Shown here: positions 1 to 9,791 of the stretch, piece after piece
How positions within the stretch are numbered: the stretch's first letter is position 1
Layout: the number at the start of each line of letters is the position of its first letter
Assembly: GCA_965227295.1 (NCBI GenBank)
Contig: OZ245742.1
Coordinates: 608,001-672,000, forward strand
Origin: Leptonemataceae bacterium
GTDB lineage: Bacteria; Spirochaetota; Leptospiria; Leptospirales; Leptonemataceae
Length of the DNA: 64,000 nt
Direction: 5' to 3'
Notes under the pieces: model-generated
What the model saw: the letters and a program-made list of their open reading frames with translations, nothing else
What the model was told of the DNA's origin: nothing
The model's database searches: none
Program-made: the position numbers and the translations under genes

Positions 1-1
1 C

Positions 2-442
2 TCGCTGAGCAACGACCAGGTCTACGTTGGATGGATTCTCAAAGCAACGCGCGACAAAGAGGAGAATCTCAAAATCCTGGAGATGGTCATGCTCTTGAGC
101 GGGCGACGTACCAAAGTGAATCGCCCCTCCGAAGAGAGCACAAAAGTCACTTACAATTACGCAATTCCAATTTACGAATACGGAAATCCTCTGCGAGGAT
201 CGCGCAGAAGCTACCTGGACTTCAACAATATTGTATCTCTCGGCGAATTACACATCCCAACTTTTGCCAAAACCGTTCGCAAGGGTTACAGCGATATCAA
301 GACCAGCGATCTCAAGATTTTTGCATCCAGCCTCTTCTATCTCAAGCAGGATATAACACCGTTATACGAGTTGATTAAAGAACGAGAAGCAACGACATCG
401 CCAAAGAAACCGAACACCCGCAAAAAACGCTCCCGCAAATGA
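2..442 (+). CDS. Hypothetical protein, 5'-truncated by the window edge
   Basis: The frame of ORF 83..442 is open back to position 2 (SLSNDQVYVGWILKATRDKEENLKILEMV...). Its stop overlaps the arsC ATG (ATGA). More AT-rich than its neighbours. Confidence 0.6.
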   Translation, partial: SLSNDQVYVGWILKATRDKEENLKILEMVMLLSGRRTKVNRPSEESTKVTYNYAIPIYEYGNPLRGSRRSYLDFNNIVSLGELHIPTFAKTVRKGYSDIKTSDLKIFASSLFYLKQDITPLYELIKEREATTSPKKPNTRKKRSRK

Positions 443-777
443 AAATCTACCACAACCCCCGCTGTTCTAAGAGCCGTGAAACTCTGCAACTCATCCGCGA
501 TGCCGGTGTCGAACCGGAGATCGTCGAGTATCTGAAGAACCCGCCGACCGCGGAAGAACTGCGCGATCTGCTCAAAAAACTCGGCACCGGCGCATCCACT
601 ATCGTGCGCACCAAAGAAGATACGTACAAACAACTCTTCGCAAACAAACAGCCCACCGACGACCAACTCATCGCGGCCATCGTCAAACACCCGGTGCTGC
701 TCGAACGTCCCATCGTCATCAAAGGCAAGCGCGCTGTAATCGGCCGCCCGCCGCAAAACGCGACCGAACTGCTATAA
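439..777 (+). CDS. arsC: Arsenate reductase (glutaredoxin-type), ArsC/YffB family
   Basis: IYHNPRCSKSR N-terminal motif and LLERPIV...IGRP C-terminal motif; 112 aa. Confidence 0.88.
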   Translation: MKIYHNPRCSKSRETLQLIRDAGVEPEIVEYLKNPPTAEELRDLLKKLGTGASTIVRTKEDTYKQLFANKQPTDDQLIAAIVKHPVLLERPIVIKGKRAVIGRPPQNATELL

Positions 778-786
778 AAGATCAAC

Positions 787-847
787 CACCGACCTACACA
801 GACACCGAGCTTTCCACGCAATCCCTCCGTGACTCTGTGCCTCGGTG
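787..847. repeat. Imperfect intergenic inverted repeat (REP-like)
   Basis: CACCGACCTACACAGACACCGAG (787-809) matches the reverse complement of CTCCGTGACTCTGTGCCTCGGTG (825-847) at 17/23 positions. Confidence 0.35.
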
Positions 848-917
848 CTAAATTTGTCATAAGACACGCCGCGCATTTCCCGCACACGTTCACACGACGC
901 ATCCTTACATTGACACA

Positions 918-2510
918 GTGAAAGTCATCGTCATCGGCGGGGGAATCGGCGGGCTCAGTGCCGCTGCCTTGCTCGCGCGGGACGGCATCGCCGTCGACGT
1001 GCTCGAACAGAATCGTGTGGTCGGCGGCTGCGCGTCGTCGTTCTATCGCCAGGGCTACTACTTCGAAAGCGGCGCCACCACGTTGGTCGGCCTCGATACA
1101 GGCATGCCGTTGCGACATCTGCTCGATGCTACGGGCATTCAGCTCAACGTGATGCCGCTGCACGTGCCCATGCAGGTAATCCTGCGCGACGGCACGATTC
1201 TGACGCGCCACCAGGACCTGGACGCGTGGATCGCCGAGGCCGAGCGCGTCTTCGGCGCGGCGGGACAGCGGCCGTTCTGGGAATTCTGTTATCGACTTTC
1301 GCAATTCGTCTGGAAGGTCTCGTTGCAGTATCGCGCGTTTCCGCCGTCCAGCGCCGGTGATTTGCTCGATGTGTTGCGATCGGCCCGGCCGGCGCGCATT
1401 CCCGGCCAGCTCGCCGCCGCGCGCTACGCCTTCGTGACGATGGACCGCATTCTGCGACGCTTCGGCCTGCACGAGAACCAACGCTTCTTAGCTTTTGTCG
1501 ACGAACAGTTACTGATTACCGCCCAGAACACCCGCGGCGAAGTAAACGCCCTCTTCGGCGCGACGGCGCTCTGCTACACAAACTACACGAACTACTACGC
1601 CCCGGGCGGCCTTGTAACCGTGGCCGACGCGATAGCGCACTACATTGAAGACCACGACGGCAACATTCGCACACGCACCCTCGCCGAACGCGTGGAGCCC
1701 ATCGACGCCGGCCGCGCCGGCTATCGAGTCATCACAAACCGCGGCGAATTCACGGCCGATCGTCTCATTTCAAATCTACCGATCTACAACACCCTCGATC
1801 TCTTCGACGCCGGCCACGACTTCGGCCGTAAACTTCGGCGGCGACTGCAACCGAAGCTGTTACCCTCCACAAAACTCTGGTCCGCGTTCACGATGGGCCT
1901 GGTCTTCCGGCGCAAGCGGCCCTTCGATTCGTTGCATCATCAAATCCATTTGCGCGCGCCGCTGCCGGTCATCGGTGCGAAGAGCATCTTCGTTTCCCTT
2001 TCGCATCCCGGCGACGACCTGCGCGGGCCGGTCGACCGGGTGATCGCTTCGGTGAGCACGCACATCGCCAATCCGGAGAGTCACATGGACTTCGACGTCG
2101 ACGCCGTGGGCGATGCGATCGTTGCGGAGTTGACGGCGCGCGGTTTCTTCGAAGAGGACGATCTGGTGTATCGCCATCACTCCACGCCGCGGACCTGGCA
2201 ACAGTGGACGAAGCGCGCCTTCGGTTTCGTCGGCGGTATGCCGCAGTTCAAAGCGATCAAACCCTGGCACATGCTGGACGCGCGCCCCGGAAAAAACCTG
2301 TATCTCTGCGGCGACACGGCCTATCCCGGCCAGGGCATTCCCGGCGTCTGCTTGTCGGGCATTACGGCGCACCACAAACTCATGCGCGACGCCGGGCGCT
2401 CTCCGCGTTATACTGAACGCACGGAATCAACATGCACATCCTCATCGAAACCCGCGTCGCCCAGGACTTTCGCACGGTCTTCCGCGGCTTCCACCGCGAT
2501 CTCTTCGTAA
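918..2510 (+). CDS. FAD-dependent phytoene desaturase family protein, CrtD (C-3',4' desaturase)-like
   Basis: VIVIGGGIGGL Rossmann motif, GGCASSF.R.GY.FESGAT, and C-terminal LYLCGDTAYPGQGIPGV. GTG start. Confidence 0.8.
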   Translation: MKVIVIGGGIGGLSAAALLARDGIAVDVLEQNRVVGGCASSFYRQGYYFESGATTLVGLDTGMPLRHLLDATGIQLNVMPLHVPMQVILRDGTILTRHQDLDAWIAEAERVFGAAGQRPFWEFCYRLSQFVWKVSLQYRAFPPSSAGDLLDVLRSARPARIPGQLAAARYAFVTMDRILRRFGLHENQRFLAFVDEQLLITAQNTRGEVNALFGATALCYTNYTNYYAPGGLVTVADAIAHYIEDHDGNIRTRTLAERVEPIDAGRAGYRVITNRGEFTADRLISNLPIYNTLDLFDAGHDFGRKLRRRLQPKLLPSTKLWSAFTMGLVFRRKRPFDSLHHQIHLRAPLPVIGAKSIFVSLSHPGDDLRGPVDRVIASVSTHIANPESHMDFDVDAVGDAIVAELTARGFFEEDDLVYRHHSTPRTWQQWTKRAFGFVGGMPQFKAIKPWHMLDARPGKNLYLCGDTAYPGQGIPGVCLSGITAHHKLMRDAGRSPRYTERTESTCTSSSKPASPRTFARSSAASTAISS

Positions 2511-2884
2511 AACTCACGCCGCCGGATGTTCCGGTGGAAGTCCTGCGCTTCGACGGCTGCACCACCGGCGACCGGGTGCATCTGCGTCTCACGCTGCCGA
2601 TCATCAAACTGAAGCAGGACTGGCAGTCCGAAATCACCGAGCACGGCGAGTCCGACGACGAGTGTTTCTTTGTGGATGAGGGCCGCAAACTTCCATTTTT
2701 CTTGCGTTACTGGAAACACCGGCACGTCATTCGCAAACATCCCGACGGCGGCGCGGTGATTGTCGACGACATCACGTACAAAGCGCCGGTGCCCGGCATG
2801 GGCCTGGTGTTGTATCCAAAACTACGCGCCGACTTCAGGGCGCGGGGGCCGGTGTATCAGGAAGTGTTCGGCCGCCCCGAATGA
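2432..2884 (+). CDS. SRPBCC family ligand-binding protein
   Basis: KLTPP...W.SEITE...FVDEGRKLPFFLRYWKHRH...IVDDITY pattern; sits next to a TIGR01777 gene, a common pairing. Confidence 0.75.
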   Translation: MHILIETRVAQDFRTVFRGFHRDLFVKLTPPDVPVEVLRFDGCTTGDRVHLRLTLPIIKLKQDWQSEITEHGESDDECFFVDEGRKLPFFLRYWKHRHVIRKHPDGGAVIVDDITYKAPVPGMGLVLYPKLRADFRARGPVYQEVFGRPE

Positions 2885-2910
2885 AAAGGGAGCGGGTCAG
2901 GTTAAAGCTT

Positions 2911-3076
2911 TTTGGCCCCCGGGCTGCTCCGGGCTCGCGCGAAGGGCCCCGGCTCACAACGCGCCAGGGATGCGAAGGGTGGCGCGCAGCGCCAGTCTCG
3001 CGCTCGCGCGAGACCGAAGCGACAGCGGAGCCCGTAGCAGCCCGACCGCCGCCGCAGGCGGCGGGGGCGCCCAAAA
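2911..3076 (-). ncRNA. Highly structured intergenic element, Flavo-1 RNA-like or repeat element
   Basis: Three perfect hairpins (2980-2994, 2995-3014, 3046-3064) plus a 17-bp long-range stem (2920-2936 with 3028-3044, one mismatch). The minus strand reads TTTTGGGCG..CCC..GGTCGGGCT...ATCCCT..CGC, resembling the Flavo-1 consensus as I recall it. Confidence 0.45.
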
Positions 3077-3168
3077 GAATATACCCTGATTTACTACATC
3101 CTTATTCGGGGCGGCCGGGATAATTTTACTGGCACTTCTGATTTCCCGGCGGAATCTGTCCGTTCACG

Positions 3169-4134
3169 ATGGCGACGGCGAAAGCGAAGACAGTTTTACT
3201 CTGCGGCGGCACCGGGCTCATCGGCTCGCGACTCCAGGAAATGCTTCGTAGCGAGGGCTACCGCGTAAAGATTCTCAGCCGCCGCAAAGCCGAAAGTCCC
3301 GATCTCTACTACTGGGACCCCGACCGCCAGTTTTTGAATCCGGACGCGCTGGAATGCGACTTCATCATCAACCTGGCCGGCGCCGGAGTCGCCGACAAAA
3401 AGTGGACCGCGAAGCGCAAGCAGGAGATCATCGACTCCCGCGTGCAATCGGCGGAACTCATCTACAAGAAACTCACCGAGTTCAAACGTTACCCGAAGGC
3501 CTACATCTCCGCGTCGGCCATCGGCCTCTACGGCAACCACGACGCGAGTGTTACGGTGAACGAGGACTCGCCGCCGGGCCAGGGTTTCCTCGCCGAAACC
3601 ACCGCACGCTGGGAACAGGCCGCGAACGAATTCAACAAGCTCGGCATGCGTACCGTTCTTATTCGCATCGGCGTTGTGCTCTCTCCGGACGGCGGGGCGT
3701 TACAAAAAATCGCGCAGCCCATTAAATTGTATGCGGGCGCACCGCTGGGTTCCGGCGAACAGCTCATGTCCTGGATTCACATCGATGATTGTTGTCGCCT
3801 GTTCCTTCAGGCCGTGAAAGAGCGCGACATGAAGGGCCCGTACAACGCCACGACGCCGAACGCCGTCAGCAACGCCGAGTTCACCCGCCTCACCGCGAAG
3901 GTCCTGGACAAACCCCTGATCCTGCCTAACGTTCCCGCATTCGCACTTAAGATGATGCTCGGCGAGATGGCGGAGATCGTTCTCGAAGGCGTCCGCGTCG
4001 CCCCGGAACGCACGCTGGAAACCGGTTTTACGTTTCAGTTCCCGGACCTCGAAGGTGCGCTGCGACACCTGTACGGGCGCAACGAAGAATCGGAATCCGC
4101 GCCGCCGGAATCTTCATCGGCATCTCCATCCTGA
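3169..4134 (+). CDS. TIGR01777 family NAD-dependent epimerase/oxidoreductase (YfcH-like)
   Basis: GGTGLIGS, INLAGAGVADKKWT, SASAIGLYG, GSGEQLMSWIHIDD motifs. Confidence 0.92.
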   Translation: MATAKAKTVLLCGGTGLIGSRLQEMLRSEGYRVKILSRRKAESPDLYYWDPDRQFLNPDALECDFIINLAGAGVADKKWTAKRKQEIIDSRVQSAELIYKKLTEFKRYPKAYISASAIGLYGNHDASVTVNEDSPPGQGFLAETTARWEQAANEFNKLGMRTVLIRIGVVLSPDGGALQKIAQPIKLYAGAPLGSGEQLMSWIHIDDCCRLFLQAVKERDMKGPYNATTPNAVSNAEFTRLTAKVLDKPLILPNVPAFALKMMLGEMAEIVLEGVRVAPERTLETGFTFQFPDLEGALRHLYGRNEESESAPPESSSASPS

Positions 4135-4146
4135 TTCGCATTGTTC

Positions 4147-5157
4147 ATGACCAGGGCACTCATCACAGGCATCCACGGTTTTGCCGGCTCGCACCTCTGC
4201 GCGGAAGTTCTACGGCGCGGGGGCAGCGTCTGCGGATTGGATCGCAGCCCGCGCAGCATTGCCGATCTTGCGTCCACCCCGGCCCTGCAAGGCCTCGACC
4301 GGAAACACATCGAAGCCAACGTAAAACTTGAGACCAGCGACCTGAGCGACGCGGATCAACTGCGCTCCATCCTCGAAAGCCACGGCGTACATCAGATCTA
4401 TCACCTGGCGGGCATGGCCTTCGTCCCGGATAGCTGGAACAGCCCGGCGACGACGCTGCACGTAAACTCGGCCTGCGCCCTGAACTTACTCCAGGCCGCC
4501 CGGGACGTTCAGTGGGACGGTCGCTTTTTGTTCATCAGCTCCAGCGACGTCTACGGCACGCCCCGGGACGGCGAGCTGCCGCTGAACGAGGCTTCGCCCA
4601 TTCGTACGGAGAGTCCGTACGCCCTGTCCAAGTACACCACCGAGAACTTTGCCTGGTTCTACGATCGCAAGCGCATGACGACGCTTACCGGCGGCCGCGC
4701 GCCGAAGCAGCATTGCTTCGACGTCGTCGTGGCCCGGCCGTTCAATCACATCGGCCCCGGCCAGCGCGAGGATTTCGTCGTGCCGGCGTTTCTCGCCAAG
4801 ATTCGCAGCGCAAAAGCTAAGAACGAAGACTTCATCCAGGTGGGCGAACTGGGCGCCGTGCGGGACTTTACCGACGTGCGGGACGTCGTGTCCGCCTACG
4901 TACTGCTGCTCGACAAAGCCGACGCCGGCGAGATCTACAACATCTGCACCGGCCGGCAAATCCGCATCAGCGAAATCCTGGACACGGCTCAAAAGGTCGC
5001 GGGCTATCCGGTGGAGTATCGCATCAGCGAAGACCTGCTGCGCCCGGAGGGCAAGAACCAGCGCTACGGCGATCCGGCGAAGCTGCGCGATCTGGGCTGG
5101 GAACACCGCTATTCCCTGGAAGACAGTATTCGCGACATGTGGAACTGCTTCAAATAA
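4147..5157 (+). CDS. NAD-dependent sugar epimerase/dehydratase, GDP-4-keto-6-deoxy-D-mannose reductase (Rmd)-like
   Basis: ALITGIHGFAGSHL, YHLAG.AFVP.SW, SPYALSK (YxxxK), RPFNHIGPGQ, RDFTDVRDVV. Confidence 0.85.
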   Translation: MTRALITGIHGFAGSHLCAEVLRRGGSVCGLDRSPRSIADLASTPALQGLDRKHIEANVKLETSDLSDADQLRSILESHGVHQIYHLAGMAFVPDSWNSPATTLHVNSACALNLLQAARDVQWDGRFLFISSSDVYGTPRDGELPLNEASPIRTESPYALSKYTTENFAWFYDRKRMTTLTGGRAPKQHCFDVVVARPFNHIGPGQREDFVVPAFLAKIRSAKAKNEDFIQVGELGAVRDFTDVRDVVSAYVLLLDKADAGEIYNICTGRQIRISEILDTAQKVAGYPVEYRISEDLLRPEGKNQRYGDPAKLRDLGWEHRYSLEDSIRDMWNCFK

Positions 5158-5207
5158 AGACCGCGGGCTAACCGCTAACTTTTACGAACGCACGGTTTAG
5201 AATTTCC

Positions 5208-6047
5208 ATGGCCGCAAAAAAGAAAACGAAAGGCGTCGCAAAGGCCGCGGGCAACATGCGCGAGATGGCGCTGTTCGACCTGGACTTCACGCTGATTCCT
5301 CACGATACCATGTTCTTGTTCGCGAACTTCGTTCTGAAGAAGCAGCGGCGACGTTTGTTTTACCTGGCCGTATTTTTACCTCTGGTCCCGCTGGCGGCGT
5401 TCAAGTGGGTCGGCATCCTGTCGCTGAAGAGCGCGTTCTTCAGTTTTCTCTGGGGCCTCAGCCGCGAGCAACTGGACGAACTCGCGGCGGAATTCGTCCG
5501 CACCGAGGTCGAGCCACGGCTCTTCCCCGAGGTTCGCGAAGAAGTCCGACGCCAGAAAGAACTCGGCCGCACCGTGGTGTTGAACACGGCGTCGCCGGGC
5601 ATTTACATCGAAGCAATCGCGAAGCTGCTGGACTTCGATTACTGGTTCGCCACGCCCATGATATTGCCGACGGCCGGTTCCGGCGCCCGCCTGCCGCTGT
5701 TCCAGAAATTCTCCGGGCCGAACAACAAGGGCGTACAGAAAATTGTCGCCATGCGTCAGGCGGGTCTGCTCGCTCCCGTTGACGATCCCCGGGCCGAGCA
5801 GGAGCGCGTACGCTTCGCCGCGTCGGACAGCACCGCCGATCTGCCGATGCTGGAAATGGCCGAGGAAGGCCTGTTGATCGATCCGAGCATTGCAAAATTT
5901 CAGAAGAAGACCGGTCGTGATCCAGGTGCGGATTCCGGTCGTTTTTCGGACTGGACAATCTGGCGTCCGCGCGCACCGTACTCCGGTGTCGTCGGCAAGT
6001 ACAGCGCGGCCATGCGCCAACTGCTGGGCCTCTATCCGCATGCATGA
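5208..6047 (+). CDS. HAD-IB family hydrolase
   Basis: FDLDFTL (DxDxT), NTASP, NKGVQK and SDSTADLPML HAD motifs I-IV. Confidence 0.85.
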   Translation: MAAKKKTKGVAKAAGNMREMALFDLDFTLIPHDTMFLFANFVLKKQRRRLFYLAVFLPLVPLAAFKWVGILSLKSAFFSFLWGLSREQLDELAAEFVRTEVEPRLFPEVREEVRRQKELGRTVVLNTASPGIYIEAIAKLLDFDYWFATPMILPTAGSGARLPLFQKFSGPNNKGVQKIVAMRQAGLLAPVDDPRAEQERVRFAASDSTADLPMLEMAEEGLLIDPSIAKFQKKTGRDPGADSGRFSDWTIWRPRAPYSGVVGKYSAAMRQLLGLYPHA

Positions 6048-6513
6048 ACTCAGACTCATTCTCGCGCGCCTGCTGCTACCGGCTGCGATCGGCCTGACGT
6101 TTGCCGCCTGCACGAACTACACCGCCGAAGAGCAGCTCGTCAATCCGCCCATCATCCTGGACATCACCGCGGAGGGTACGGGGCACATCATCACCGTGGC
6201 GGCGCAAAACTCCGAGATCGGTTTTTTTACGTATCGATTGTTTCAGGGAACTTCGGAGGCGGACGTCTTTACCCAGAATCCCCTGGGCGGCACGGACTGC
6301 GGTCCCCTGGCCCTGCTCCCGGACACGGCCACGAACTACATCATCGAAGTCAAACCCGGCCAATCAACCGTCACCGCGGGCGCGAGCGGCCTGCGCCTCT
6401 GTTCCATTCCGGCGACGTTGAGCTCCGGCGAAGTCATCGCCATCCGCGCGGTGATCTTTAACATCACTTCAGTGCAAACCAGCATTCCCTCAAACGTTTT
6501 TACGGTGCCGTAG
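6040..6513 (+). CDS. Putative lipoprotein
   Basis: MHELRLILARLLLPAAIGLTFAAC signal peptide with lipobox Cys; start overlaps the HAD stop. Confidence 0.7.
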   Translation: MHELRLILARLLLPAAIGLTFAACTNYTAEEQLVNPPIILDITAEGTGHIITVAAQNSEIGFFTYRLFQGTSEADVFTQNPLGGTDCGPLALLPDTATNYIIEVKPGQSTVTAGASGLRLCSIPATLSSGEVIAIRAVIFNITSVQTSIPSNVFTVP

Positions 6514-6514
6514 C

Positions 6515-7201
6515 GTGGCCGACGCGGATCATCGAGTACGGATCGTCGAACTGCCGGCGGAGTGCAAGGCGGTATTGCGTGATGCAACCGGCGCGGACGG
6601 CCAGGCGGCTTTTGTCCAGGAACGGAAACGCATCTGGTATCTTCTGGATATCGGCCGGGCGATTGCGCAGATAGCGATGCGGGTCTTCGTCATCGTTACT
6701 TTCACCGCGATGATCGCACTGGCCGTGGCCGCGATCATCCTCGATGGATTCCACTGGGCCGCGATGGTCGTGATTGCTGTGGCCGTGGCCGTAGTCTGGG
6801 CCATGATTACCGGGCGGGCACGAAACCCGGATCGCGAATACAGCCTCCTGGATACGTGGGCGATCTACCGGCACGGCTGGTATGCCATCGGCTGGTTCCG
6901 CGTCGGTGATCGCGTTCTGATTCGCAACTTACGGGAGCACGCGGAACTGACGCCGCCGGGAGCCAGGCTCGCACTGCGCGCGCACTATCATAAAGAAGAC
7001 GGCACCTGGAGCTTTCCGATTCCCGACAAACAAAGCGACATTCTGCCGGAAGATATTCCGGGAATCGTCGAAAAGTTTCCGAAAGCCATGGTCGTGTTCG
7101 ATCTCCACGTCGACGGCAAGTTCTTCAGTTCGTCCTGGACGCCGGTGCCGGCCCGGGAAGCTGCCGTGGAAATCGAACGCCTCGGGATTCCGTGGCGCTA
7201 A
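6515..7201 (+). CDS. Hypothetical membrane protein (2 TM)
   Basis: GTG start 1 nt after the previous stop; two hydrophobic segments (VFVIVTFTAMIALAVAAIIL, AAMVVIAVAVAVVWAMI). Confidence 0.6.
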   Translation: MADADHRVRIVELPAECKAVLRDATGADGQAAFVQERKRIWYLLDIGRAIAQIAMRVFVIVTFTAMIALAVAAIILDGFHWAAMVVIAVAVAVVWAMITGRARNPDREYSLLDTWAIYRHGWYAIGWFRVGDRVLIRNLREHAELTPPGARLALRAHYHKEDGTWSFPIPDKQSDILPEDIPGIVEKFPKAMVVFDLHVDGKFFSSSWTPVPAREAAVEIERLGIPWR

Positions 7202-7226
7202 TCTTTACGGAAGTTTTGACGTACAC

Positions 7227-7258
7227 AAAAAACCCCGGCACGATCACCGGGGCTTTTC
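7227..7258. terminator. Probable bidirectional intrinsic terminator
   Basis: AAAAAA-CCCCGG-CACGATCA-CCGGGG-CTTTT between two convergent genes. Confidence 0.65.
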
Positions 7259-7278
7259 CGAAGTTATGCGCGCGTTTT

Positions 7279-8598
7279 TCAAGCGCCGCGGAACAACTGA
7301 CGCGGATCGAGAGACTCGGAAAGTTTGTAGAAGCGACCGCCGCCGCTCGCGTTCGCCAGGAACGGCGGGACTTCGATCTTCTGCGCTTCGATGAACTTTT
7401 TGGTTTCGTCGATACCGCCGAGGAAATCGACCCAGGCGGACGGCGGGACCCAGTTGAAACCGAAGCCCATGGCGCCGTCGACACCGTTCTGGTCGGTGAC
7501 CTCGGGAATGAGCGAGAACGAGTAGGCGATGTAACGCGCGATCATGCGGCGCAGCAGGTCCGCTTCGAAGCCCTTCGCGTTTTTGAAGATGTCCATGGCC
7601 GTGCGATAGTCGGATTCATGAATGGCCGTAGCCGCTTCTTTGCGAAAGGGGATGTCGATGTTCGGCAGATCCTCGTACTGGCCGGTCTTCGTGTTCAGGA
7701 CCTGCTTGGTGCGCTTGCCTTCGGGTGTCTTGCCGCGAAGATAGAGACCCTTGCCGGCCTTGTTCCCGAGCGCGCCGTCATCGATGAGCTTCTGAAAGTA
7801 CGCCGGCATTTTGAATGTTTCGTGCGCGGAGTCCTTCGTGTTATCGTAGATGTTGTCGACGATGGCTTTGTGTACGTCCAGGCCGACGAGATCCACGGTG
7901 GCCAACGGCGACATGGCGCGGCCGGTGTATCCACCGAACAGAGAATCGATGAGATGAATGCCGCCTTTGTCCTGGTACTCTTCGGCGAGGATGGCCACCT
8001 CGTTCATGAACTGGAAGCCGATGCGGTTGCCCGCGAAGGCCGGCGTATCGTTGGTTACGACGACCTTGCGCAGAAGCTGTTTGTCGAGGTACTCGACGAG
8101 CCCTTTCGTGTACTCCGGATCGTTGCCGGAATGCGTGACCAGTTCGCAGAGCGTGAGTTTGTACGGCGGGTTGAAGAAGTGCGTACCGTAGTAATGCTTT
8201 TGCCCGTCGGCGTCGAAGTGGGACGCCAGGCGGCCGATGGAAAGACCGGAACTTACGGTGGAAAGCAAGGTGCCGGGCTTGCGCACCGCGGCGATGCGCT
8301 TGTGCAGCGGTTCCTTAACTTCGTAGGATTCTGCCACGCATTCAAAGACCCAGTCACTTTCGGCGACGGCCTTTTCGAGATCCGCATCGTAGGTTCCGGC
8401 AACGAAGAGATCTTCGATGACGCCGGACCGCACGGAACCTACCGCCTTGTTGATTCCTTCTTGCGCTTTGTCCACGGTGCGCGCGAGCATGTGGACTCTG
8501 GCACCGCCGAAGCCGGCGACAATTGCCGCGGAGCCCGCGCCCATTGTACCGTTTGCTCCCAGTAGAGTTACAACTTTCGGTTCTTTGAATTCGGCCAT
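7279..8598 (-). CDS. 3-hydroxyacyl-CoA dehydrogenase family protein
   Basis: LGANGTMG Rossmann motif, [31 protein letters not shown]. Confidence 0.9.
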   Translation of the reverse strand: MAEFKEPKVVTLLGANGTMGAGSAAIVAGFGGARVHMLARTVDKAQEGINKAVGSVRSGVIEDLFVAGTYDADLEKAVAESDWVFECVAESYEVKEPLHKRIAAVRKPGTLLSTVSSGLSIGRLASHFDADGQKHYYGTHFFNPPYKLTLCELVTHSGNDPEYTKGLVEYLDKQLLRKVVVTNDTPAFAGNRIGFQFMNEVAILAEEYQDKGGIHLIDSLFGGYTGRAMSPLATVDLVGLDVHKAIVDNIYDNTKDSAHETFKMPAYFQKLIDDGALGNKAGKGLYLRGKTPEGKRTKQVLNTKTGQYEDLPNIDIPFRKEAATAIHESDYRTAMDIFKNAKGFEADLLRRMIARYIAYSFSLIPEVTDQNGVDGAMGFGFNWVPPSAWVDFLGGIDETKKFIEAQKIEVPPFLANASGGGRFYKLSESLDPRQLFRGA

Positions 8599-8643
8599 AA
8601 TGAGGCTGGACAATTCTCATACGTCGACCCACAGGTCAACAAA

Positions 8644-9735
8644 ATGATTCCTGAGGCCCTGCTTGTTACGTTGCGTTTTGTATGCATCTCGCACCTGGCT
8701 TCCTGCGCCGTGTACCTGATGCTGCACCATCGCGGGCAGAGCAGCGCGCGTTACGGTGCGGCCTTCTGCCTCGGCGTCATCGCCTATCTGATCGTGCCGT
8801 CGCTGTACCCCACGACGTTGTGGATCATCCTGCCGCTGTTCGCCGTAGCCGGAACCCAGGCCTTCTGGTTCTGGATGCTGGCGTTGTCTTTTTTTCGGGA
8901 AGGCTTCCGCAGCCGGCCGGTGCACTGGTTCGTTCTCGTCGTGAAGGTCGCCGTATCCGTCGCCATGGCCTGGATGATCGCGCGCAATATGTCGCATATC
9001 TCGCCGGAGGTCGAGTTCCTGTACGTGTTGCCCGCGGTATCGTTTTCGGGTGTGCTGGTGATCCTGGGAATCCGCGAGGCAGTCCGGGATTACGGCGACG
9101 ATTTGCTGGAAGGTCGTCGCAACCTGCGCGTGCTCTACGTCACGGCCGGCGGCGGCGCCATTCTGTTTGCCAGTGTCTTTCGGCTTGGTGCCCAGGGCGA
9201 AGAACTGCGGAGCCTGCATCAACTGTCGACCTACGTGCTGACGCTCACGCTGTGTTACGGCTTTCTATGGACCGCGATGACGGTGCGCGCCGATTTATTG
9301 GAAGAAAGTCCGGCCACCGAAGATGTAAAGCGCGGCGACCCGACCCTCGATGAGGCGCTGCGCCGGCGCCTGGTCAATGCCTTTGAGTTGGAGCGCATGT
9401 ATCGCGAGGAGGGATTGACGATCCGCCGCCTGGCCGCCCGCTTAGAGAGCACTGAGCATAAGTTACGTCGCTTGATCAACGCGGGTCTGGGTTACCGAAA
9501 CTTCAACGACTTCCTGAACCGCTATCGCATTCAGGAGGCCTGCGAGATCTTGCTGGATCCGGGACGGCGGGAACTGCCCATCGTGCGCATTGCCGACGAC
9601 CTGGGTTACCGGTCCCTGGGATCGTTCAACAAGGCCTTTCGAGACCTCACGGGCCAGACGCCCACGGAGTACCGCCGGGCCGAAACACCGGAAACGTCCG
9701 CTTCGCAAAAACCTGACGATTTTCGAAATTCGTAG
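8644..9735 (+). CDS. AraC family transcriptional regulator with N-terminal multi-TM sensor
   Basis: About 6-7 hydrophobic helices, then YREEGLTI..LA..L, GYRNFNDFLNRYRI and LGYRSLGSFNKAFRDLTGQTPTEYR (AraC HTH). Confidence 0.9.
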   Translation: MIPEALLVTLRFVCISHLASCAVYLMLHHRGQSSARYGAAFCLGVIAYLIVPSLYPTTLWIILPLFAVAGTQAFWFWMLALSFFREGFRSRPVHWFVLVVKVAVSVAMAWMIARNMSHISPEVEFLYVLPAVSFSGVLVILGIREAVRDYGDDLLEGRRNLRVLYVTAGGGAILFASVFRLGAQGEELRSLHQLSTYVLTLTLCYGFLWTAMTVRADLLEESPATEDVKRGDPTLDEALRRRLVNAFELERMYREEGLTIRRLAARLESTEHKLRRLINAGLGYRNFNDFLNRYRIQEACEILLDPGRRELPIVRIADDLGYRSLGSFNKAFRDLTGQTPTEYRRAETPETSASQKPDDFRNS

Positions 9736-9773
9736 GGTTTTTCGGAAATCCGGTAGCGGCCCGTCGACGAGTC

Positions 9774-9782
9774 TGGTATGAT
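9774..9782 (+). promoter_or_regulatory. Possible extended -10 promoter of the desaturase gene
   Basis: TGgTATGAT lies 9 nt upstream of ATG 9792; no obvious -35 or SD. Confidence 0.3.
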
Positions 9783-9791
9783 TCGACGATT

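Noticed and set aside
2881-3123. Short ORFs across the structured element
   Set aside because: Low-complexity translations; the sequence is better explained by base-pairing.
7192-8565. 457-aa plus-strand ORF
   Set aside because: Antisense shadow of the 3-hydroxyacyl-CoA dehydrogenase; expected with high GC3 and has no motifs.
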